A stretch of 57,794 nt of DNA, the filler included, from Sphacelaria rigidula (lineage: Eukaryota): the NCBI GenBank assembly GCA_964200075.2. It is 6 parts of 6 records of this genome, joined end to end, with 100 filler letters (N's around TTAATTAATTAA, not from the genome) between each part and the next. Parts side by side here need not be neighbours in the genome. Positions count along the whole stretch, not along the records: positions 48,247 to 57,794 come from CAXNAA020008254.1; 5 more parts are not named here. One strand, 5' to 3'. The stretch's first letter is position 1; each line of letters starts with the position of its first letter. Positions 50,002-57,794 of this stretch are shown piece by piece. Below the pieces are notes generated by a model. That model saw nothing but the letters and a program-made list of their open reading frames with translations, ran no database searches and had not been told where the DNA came from. The position numbers were made by a program, and so were the translations under genes.

Positions 50002-50212
50002 TGTAATGCGTGAGAGGACCGCGTGCTTAGAGGGCCGCATCGAAATTTGAACATCCCTATGGTTAGGGTTAGGGTTAGGATTAGTGTCGGGGTTATGGTC
50101 AGGGGTGTGGTACCTGCAGGGACTGGCCCGATTGGTTTTGAAAAACATCGATCCTGCGGTGTTTTGAACTACGGCGCGGTCCGCTAAGCACGCGGTCCTC
50201 TCACGCATTACA
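50002..50212 (-). mobile_element. Second copy of the 211-bp MITE, opposite orientation, 5-bp TSD CAGAG
   Basis: 29-bp perfect TIR, TSD at 49997-50001 and 50213-50217, and GGTTAGGGTTAGGGTTAGG inside. Confidence 0.9.
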
Positions 50213-51394
50213 CAGAGTACCCGGGAAAACCCCAGAAGGATATGCAGCACAACGTCTACCGCACAAGGCCCACAGACGAAAGTTTGCGAGAGGAAGGGGT
50301 GACCGCACATGCTTTGAAAACGACATGTTGTATGGTACGAATAGACAACATAGAAACACAGGATCCTGGAAATTGGGGTTGAATTTTCAGATGATGCCGA
50401 ACCCACCTTCTGAAAATTCACATTTTCCCCGGAACAGGTTTGCAAAAACAACCTACCGAGGCTTTTATTCGTATGCTGAAACTTCCCCTACTTTATCTCG
50501 TCGCGCATTATTGCTCCGGTGTCTCAAGCCATATGTATCTCCTTTCGTACATTTCAATCGGCTCTCACAAGGTGAAGGGAGGCGGACTAAAGGCCCAATT
50601 GCTGCATTGCAATGTGTCCGGATCGCCAAGAGGCGTAAAATTCGGCAGAACGGATCCTTGGTCCAACGGGGCGTACACAGCTACCTGAATTCCTCATATT
50701 TGTTGTTTTCACCCATGACTCCGAAATTGTGGTGATCGGTTGTATCGCGTGTAGTCGTTGTCGATAGCTACCAGTAGGTGAAGGAATGCAACCACAACGA
50801 AGGATTGGTGCGGATACGAATAGTTTAGTTTCTCGTTTTTTATGCTCACTCGAAAGCCCCATCCTCAATGTTGATGATCGGCTGTTACACGTGGAGGGCG
50901 CTCTACCAACACTCGAAACTAATGTCTTGGAGTTCATGCTTCAGCTCGACATCGGTGTAGCACGAGTGTCGACAACATCGGTGTAGCACGAGGCCCGAAA
51001 GAGCTCATATGTGCCGGGAAACAATCGCAAGAAGTGATCATATTTTCAAGGAGTAGCTTTCACAACAAGACAAGCCACTGCCAGCCCAAATAGCCCAACG
51101 ACATTAAACAGACACCGATCGTGTGCTTCATTCGCGCGCTCTACGATGAACGATGCTACGGTAGGGGTGCACTTTTTTCGCGAAATCATGTCTAATTCAG
51201 GGGCTCCTAACAACTCTAGATGCACAAAAATCTGTGTCAGGGCACCCTCGTTTACAAATTCATTCGGAATATCCCCAGCACATTGGAGTAGTAATCCTGG
51301 CGTACTTTCACATATTTTCATAGGTCGCGTTTTGCATGAGATGAAGGGAACCTAACAATTCTAACTTCAGAAAATATTTGTGCATCCCTACCGT

Positions 51395-54300
51395 AGCATC
51401 ACTCACCCCTGCCATTCGATACCGAACGCCTTCATGCCTTCCGCAAGGCAGCGGATCCAGCCCTTGTGCCTGCCGTGAACCTCTCTTTTTTGCCCCTTCA
51501 CGGCTACAATTTCACCGAACATGACGTGTTTCGGTATCCGTCCGGGTGACATGCGCGTGACGAAACCGGTAAAATGGAGTCTCCTCTTCCTCACCGTCGT
51601 CTCGATGCTTTCGCACCCTGTCCTCGCGAGGGTCTCTCGGTGTGACAAAACGTGGTCTGTGCGATTGCGCTTGTGCCATCCAAGACAGCGCCTGAGCAAC
51701 GCATGGTGGGCCGTGCGCAGTGTACTGTAGTGACCGCTGAGAGGGGTCCATGTGACGCACCCGTACAGGAGTGCTTCGACAGCCTCGGCTTTGATCATGC
51801 GGACCTTGAGGTGGACGGCCGCGTTCGGTCGATTGTACACTTGGACTTTGTACTTGTGGTAGCTCAACCATGCCCCTCGTACGCGCTTGTTGATTTCCAC
51901 CGAGAGGTCGCCACTCTCCGTAATCGACCCCCCCAGGTAAACAAAGTTGTCTGTTTGTTCGTATACCTGACCAGCCGCATTGATGTCGAGGTGCCCCGCC
52001 TGTGAGTGCAGTCGCATGGTCTTCGTCTTTGCTTCCGACGCGGTCAACCCGAACTCTCCGCAGATCGTCACAATCAAAGTCATCATCTTCTCGAGGCTCG
52101 ATGATGTATGTCCGCGAGACGATGCAGGCGTCATCGGCGTACAGCATACTCCATAGAGACCGTTCCTCTTCCGCCGCTATTGCTGTGGCCACATCTGGCT
52201 CGACCCATGCCATAGCACATTCCTGGTGGAAATCTCCCTTTTCGCGCTTCCGGGCTCGCACCAGGTCCCCCGAGATGTCAGGATGATCGCGGAAGACTGC
52301 CAGGGCCACCGTGAGTACTGCCGTAAAGAAGATGTTGAACAGTAGTGCCATGTTGGAGGTTCTGATCGATGTCGAACCATTCCGAGAATTTCCCCGCCGT
52401 TCGTGCGCACCCGAGCTTGCATGCCATCGTGGAATTGGCGGATGATCGAGAGCATGATGGGTGGAACGCCATAGCGTTGAGGCGGAGCGACTTGGTGTTG
52501 AGGAGGGTGTGAAACCACTGTACCCACCGCGGGCGGATGAGCTTCACGTCTCTGAGCAGTTGACCCTTGTCGTCGCGGATGTATTGCTGCTGTGAGCCAC
52601 ATGGTTTTCTCCCTTCGACATCGATTCCCTTCAGGTACCGGTAGAAACCGCGTTGGTCACCTCTCGCGATGTGCGCTTCAAGTCGGCTGCCGTAGGTCTC
52701 GAAGAATCTCTCCTCCGCATGTGCTCTAACATGACGAAGTTCCTTGTTGGCCTTCTTCAAAACTCTCTTGAGGTTGGTGTCAGTGGGCGTTGACATCGAT
52801 GCCCTCCGTGCTTCTTCCCTCGCCATCCATGCAGCTTGGATCTTTGCCTTGGTCTCGGCACTCGCGCATCAGCCGTGGGAGCCTCGTTGGTTTCTCTCGT
52901 GGGGCGCGGTGTCTACTGCGGCGGATATCAGCATCTTGGTGAGGGCTGCAGCCATGTCAGCGGCGGTAGCATCTATGGGAAAGGGGTCGAGAGGGAAGGC
53001 CGTTTGCAACGTCATTGCTCTCAACGTCGGGTCAGCCATCAGCCTTTCAAAATCGGCCGTTCTGCGTCTGGATGCATATTTCCGCAACTTGCGATTGGGC
53101 GCAAAGCGACCACGGAGCCGGACCTTTGCAGCTACGAGGTTATGGTCAGACTCGCATTTTCCGGGTGGTGGGCGGCGGACGGAAATGTTGCGTACGAGTT
53201 TTCGGTCCGTCTGTCTTGTGAGGATGAAGTTAAGGCGATAGCATCCCTTCCCGGCGTTGGGGCTTTGGAGAGTGTACGAGATGCCCCGCTCGGGTGTTCT
53301 GAAGAACGTATTTAGCACAGCAAGGCGTTGTTCCTCTGCAAAGGCCAGTAGCCTGCCACCGTTTTTGTTCAGTACGTCCGGCCTGTATTTGCCGAGTACC
53401 TTGCTATCATTCTCTCAATCCCCCTCCCCTCGTTTTCCAGTGCGGGCGTTGGCATCCATCATGACGAATATGTGTTCCTTGCCAGGTACTTGTGAGACGG
53501 TATCGGATACGTCATCCCAAAAGTTGTTTTTGCCGCGCAGCGGAGCGGTCTCCGGCGGGGCATACCCAACTACAATTGATACTGCGTCGGATTTGCCGTG
53601 TAGTTCAAGCTCCACCTTCATAAGTCGAGCACTGAGGTACTCGACTGTGGCACCTTTTCCTCCCATCTCCTCCAGGATTGACTCCTTGATAGCGATCCCT
53701 ACCCCATGTTGTCCTGCCCTTCCCTCAGCCCCGCTTGTATCACCAGAACAAAATACCGTAAATCCCGCCGCAGTGAACACCGACTGACCGTCTCTCCTAG
53801 TTTCTTGTAAGCCTACGATATCGCATCCTAGATACTGACAAGGTTTCAGGATAATCTCACTGTGGCCAATGCCGTTCACACCTCTGAAAGCGAGCGTGCG
53901 AACAGTGTAGGTGCCGACAGTAAGCTCGCCGATCCTGGCCCTCGCCCTCGCAGTCGTTTTCCTCTTGTCGGCAGCCCTCCGATCTGCTCGTCTTTTATGC
54001 CTCTTTTTACTTGCGGCGTGTTTTATCTTCTTCTCCGTCCCTTTACATACAAGTATATATTTCTGTTCCGAAATGGACACTGCTCCGTGCGTGCTTGTTA
54101 TCAGACATGATTTCGGGGGCAGCAGTCTCGACATGCCTCGACCGGTTCCACCACCGCATCGTTTCTTGTGCTTACACACGCGTAGATACCTAGCAACTCT
54201 ACTCTCCTTGCTACGTTTCTCACGCTTTCGGCGACGGTTACCTGGTGTCGCTGCCGCGGGCCATGTAGCCGCGGCAACTTTTGCCGTTGGGAAAAACTCC

Positions 54301-54620
54301 GTCGGAAAAAATTCCGCCGCATCAGGATTTAGTGCCGTCATCATCGTGGAGCGTAAGCAGCAGGTAGGGCAGCAAGACGGTTGCTACGCTATTTCTGCTG
54401 TTGCTGTTGTTACTACTGCTGTCGACGAGGATGTCTTTTCTACACCTCAGGTGTGTGCGTGCAGGTTCGCAGTTCACACACCCGCCCCAGGCCGGGCGGC
54501 CCGGGGAGGGAAGAAAAAAGACACAGTATTCCAATCCGAGACTCCATTGTGGGGCAAAAATCAAGCGTGCGCGTTTACCCACATGTGACTCCTGCAGCAG
54601 GACTCACGAGCGCGCTTTGA
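51395..54620 (-). mobile_element. RTE-like LINE (single APE-RT ORF plus 5' UTR), inactive, internally deleted and 3'-truncated
   Basis: APE motifs (TYTVRTL, DIVGLQETR, MDANAR, LNTFF, SDHNLV) and RT motifs ([40 protein letters not shown]). The outer boundaries are approximate. Confidence 0.9.
51403..54344 (-). pseudogene. LINE ORF with an N-terminal PAM2-like motif, basic linker, APE endonuclease and reverse transcriptase; disrupted
   Basis: ORF pieces 54344-53415, 53318-52869, 52826-~52470, ~52470-52350, 52351-~52110 and 52134-51403. In-frame TGA at 53415 and 52869, and a deletion of the early RT domains near 52470. Confidence 0.88.
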
Positions 54621-55499
54621 AAATCTGGAGGTCAAGCGGAGCGAATCTCGCGAACTTTGACTGATCCAACTCATGCTACCACCTCGAGGCATGGGGGTCA
54701 TAGGTTCATGGGAATGCGCCATTCACTTGAGGATCTGTGCTCGTTCTTGTGTGTGCATGTGCAGGCGGAGCTAAGCGAAGGGAAAGCCCAGAGAGGCCAC
54801 ACTTTCCCTGAGAGTATAACAGTACTTCGGCTAGGGAAATGGATGATAGCCCAATGCGACGGACCGTCAATTAGAACATGTATTTCCGCATGCGTGGGGG
54901 CGGGTTTACGACACATGTCAACCCTGGTACTCACTCCATATACTACATACCGAAGTAGTCATTTTCAAACAACAGCGTAAGGTCGTGGCCATGGTGATTT
55001 TCCTCTGGAGACAGTTTTCTGGACGTTTTTCAAGTGATACTGATACTTGTCTCAACATGAGCGAGAAACAACGGAAGAAACAGCGCAAACACACAAAGCG
55101 AAGCAAACGATAGCGACGGTAAAAAACGATTTGTTTTTCGACACAAATCTCGATGTTGCCGCCCTTCAAGAGAGTTTTGTCGGGACACAACCCGAGCAAA
55201 ATGACGATAGGTGATGGTGATTTCTCTTTCGGAACATGCTTTCACATGTTTGTCGACGACTCAAGCCTATTTGCCATACTCCAACCGCAACAACCACAGA
55301 ACAAAACTAAAACTCAACGCGACGTGCTACTCTTCCGGAACAACTCGCAACCGTCATTGCACGTCGCATCCGTCGAGAAGCAGAACCAAAGTAAAGATGA
55401 AGCAATAAACCATCCATACAAACATCACAGCCAACATGTATGACGAGCACCACGCCGAGCTCAACCATAATCACGACGGCCACAAAATGGTCGACTCAC

Positions 55500-55620
55500 C
55501 ATAGTTGTAGGCTCCGAGGGGAATGGGCAAGACAGGAGCTAGGCGCAGCGTGACGACCGTCTTGAAGCCCTCCTCAGACACCACTCTCTCCAACGCGCGG
55601 AGAGCGGGTCGCTTTTCCAA
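55500..55620 (-). CDS. Internal exon of a VTT/SNARE-associated Golgi protein (DedA/TVP38/TMEM64 family)
   Basis: CTGCAG| LEKRPALRALERVVSEEGFKTVVTLRLAPVLPIPLGAYNY |GTGAGT fits the G.K...LLRL.P..P....NY motif of this family. It is too short for the ORF track. Confidence 0.8.
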
Positions 55621-55879
55621 CTGCAGGTCGCATGACGCGAAAGTAGCGTTGTCAAGCTTTTCATTTTGTTATTTTGTCAAGTCTTTGTCGCATTTTTCAC
55701 CCACTCCCCTTCTGCGTGATAAATCCATGGTCCGAAGGAATCACAACCAACTTTTCCCTGGTGCTTGGCTGGCCCCTCGTTGTCGAGTATTGGATTAACC
55801 CTCAAGCAGTCCGTCGAATTTTATCGGTTCTCCCTAATGCCAACTCACGGACAGTCGTCCACGTGTTTTTTGTGTTCCT

Positions 55880-56165
55880 TATTTTCGATCATTTATCTGT
55901 CGCGCTTCGAACCCCTCCCCTTCTTCGGGATGAGTCCGTGGTCTCAAGGGATCAGCCCAGTTCTCCCCCGATACACGCCTTGCATTTTGATCTCGTGGAT
56001 TGGATCATGACGATCGGCACTCCCGCACCGCGTCAACTCACGAACAAACTCAGTCGACGGCTTTGTTTACTCACGTTCCCACGCTTCCCACGGTGGAAAT
56101 CAGATAATACGGGAATCGAACCTTCGTTCTCTCCACCCTAATGGCGACAGTCGGATGTTTTGCGG
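55880..56165 (-). mobile_element. SINE family B copy (a more diverged copy is adjacent at ~55680-55800)
   Basis: The reverse complement contains TCCGACTGTCGCCATTAGGGTGGAGAGAACGAAGGTTCGATTCCCG and the body of 43692-43968. Confidence 0.75.
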
Positions 56166-56559
56166 GACGGAAACGACATAACTAACTTTCTGCTGGCGGT
56201 ACCCAGACTGGTGAATGCCCCTCGAACTACCACGTGAGTCATTTGATAACCAAAACGTACTGATTTCTCGTTCATGAACCGAGACTAATTCAACAAAGGT
56301 AATTGCAAGATGACGTCGAGTGAAAAAATGGCAGTGTCTGAAAAATGTGACCACTTAGAAAAAAGCACATGAATCACCGAACAGTCCAATATTTTGACCA
56401 CCAACGAATACAGATTATGTTCTTCTCCCCAGTCATTGAGACACATGTAACTAAGGGTAGCGGACATAACGCACAGACATACTGCCGCGCCTCGTTGATC
56501 GAATAGATGCAAGTAGTACCAACCAGGTCGGAATAACGCGAGTTTGACTCGCGGCACAT

Positions 56560-56735
56560 TTTGTGTCGAGAGTTGACACGGTGCAGGAGTCCTGGTCATG
56601 ATCCAGTCCGCGATATCAACATGCAAAGCGTGTACCGGGAGATTGACCTATCCCTCGCGACTACGGACGCGTCCCGAGGAGGGGGGAGGTAAAATGTGTA
56701 ACAAAATAAAAACACTAGTGAAAAAAAAAAAAACG
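56560..56735 (+). mobile_element. SINE family B, truncated copy with A-rich tail
   Basis: GAGAGTTGACACGGTGCAGGAGT...ATCCAGTCCGCGA...GAGGGGGGAGG, then A-runs. Confidence 0.65.
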
Positions 56736-57050
56736 GTTGAGGGAAAAAAAGGTTGAGATTGTCACGAAAGAGACAGATTTCCCACCGAAGCAGGATTATT
56801 TTGCATAATATTTGGCCGCATGACCAACAGGGACGGAGTGCACATATAGTTATCTATATATAAGTATTACATACATGAATGTGTATGCGTATGACCGACA
56901 TATATGGATGTGTACCTGTATTACATCTATGAATGATGTCGAATGCAAAACTAGAAATTTACCAAGTGAAGAGCCATTATTTTCATTATTATCACGGGGC
57001 AGGGCGGAGAAATTTTCCGGACACGTAGCCCCCCCCCCCCCTCCCCCCAG

Positions 57051-57097
57051 GCGAGGTCAATGGTCTCATGACTATGGCATGCATGATCATGAGTACA
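57051..57097 (+). mobile_element. Short LINE 3'-end fragment inside a C-rich tract
   Basis: CCCTCCCCCCAG|GCGAGGTCAATGG...CATGAGTACA|CCCTCCCCCCCCG. Confidence 0.75.
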
Positions 57098-57294
57098 CCC
57101 TCCCCCCCCGGAGGACATGTTTTCGAAAAAATGTCGTGATTATTTCCTTCTTTTTATCAACTTTGTCGCAAGAAATTGATCTAAAAACACTGTTTTGTAT
57201 TTTTCTGATACTGTTGTTACAAGAAATTGATTAATGACACTGACAAAACCCGAAAAGTCGGGTGGGCTTCGAGTGCTTTGTATATCTGCTTCTG

Positions 57295-57472
57295 CTCCTT
57301 AATATATTGATATAAGTGACATAATGTAAGGAACATATATATACTGTATATGATATATAATATAGTATACTTCGTATAACATAAAATAGGGTATGAATTA
57401 AGGAGCAGAAGCATACATAAAATATATAATACATAATACACTACATAATATTCATCATATAATATATAATAC
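57295..57472. repeat. AT-rich low-complexity tract
   Basis: Degenerate (TA)/(ATA) repeats. Confidence 0.7.
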
Positions 57473-57794
57473 AAGGTTCCCCTTCGGGAGGTTGGTACTG
57501 ACCTCTCGGGGGTGACGCAAGTCGAACATATATCAGTGGTATTAATTTTTCATATTATGGAGACATTTGTGTGGGAGAATATGTACCTTCCAGTAGATCA
57601 CATTAATTAAATACCCACAGAAGTATTCCCGTCGCCCGTCGCACTACTTGGAAGTCGTACGAGTTGGGCCAGTAGCCTGAAAACGGATTTAAGCTCTAAA
57701 AGCAATATCTCATCGACACAGACGAGTTGGGCCGTGATCCGCATATCGTATTGATCGTCTAATCAAGGGGAAGGTGCCCATCTGCTCAAAGGTT

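Noticed and set aside
50060-50085. True telomere or chromosome end
   Set aside because: Only about three units, internal to a TSD-flanked MITE.
49039-50212. Composite transposon bounded by the two inverted MITEs
   Set aside because: Each MITE has its own distinct TSD and the outer flanks do not match, so these are independent insertions.
46384-50684. Phase-compatible join of a candidate exon 50569-50684 to gene D
   Set aside because: It crosses the 48147-48246 spacer, and the candidate exon is otherwise unsupported.
48316-51390. Decayed transposase or Helitron coding region
   Set aside because: Several medium ORFs, but no motif I could assign with confidence; a TBLASTX/HMM search is needed.

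Overview
This is repeat-rich, intron-containing eukaryotic DNA. The repeat landscape and splice signals resemble a brown alga or related stramenopile, which is an inference. The window is not one locus. It is six contigs of 9550, 9549, 9549, 9549, 9549 and 9548 bp joined by identical 100-nt N/TTAATTAATTAA spacers, apparently in size order, so nothing can be linked across the spacers. Contig 1 holds a multi-exon gene for a large low-complexity protein, with an intronic fold-back repeat. Contig 2 holds a degenerate, near full-length Ty1/Copia LTR retrotransposon. Contig 3 holds two exons of a possibly transposon-related protein among nested SINE, Tc1 and hAT elements. Contig 4 holds exon 1 of a membrane-anchored LacZ-like (GH2) beta-galactosidase, head-to-head with an unknown gene that has an L1/Tx1-like LINE in an intron. 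Contig 5 holds exons of an unknown minus-strand gene, a hAT MITE and SINEs. Contig 6 holds an inactive RTE-like LINE, two 211-bp MITEs and one VTT/DedA-family exon. The best leads are four: (1) a tail-less LINE family whose 3' ends abut C-rich tracts, with target duplications; (2) a canonical PAM2 (PABP-binding) motif at the N-terminus of a LINE ORF; (3) a TGT...ACA MITE with 5-bp TSDs that carries TTAGGG repeats; (4) a recurrent long fold-back repeat module.
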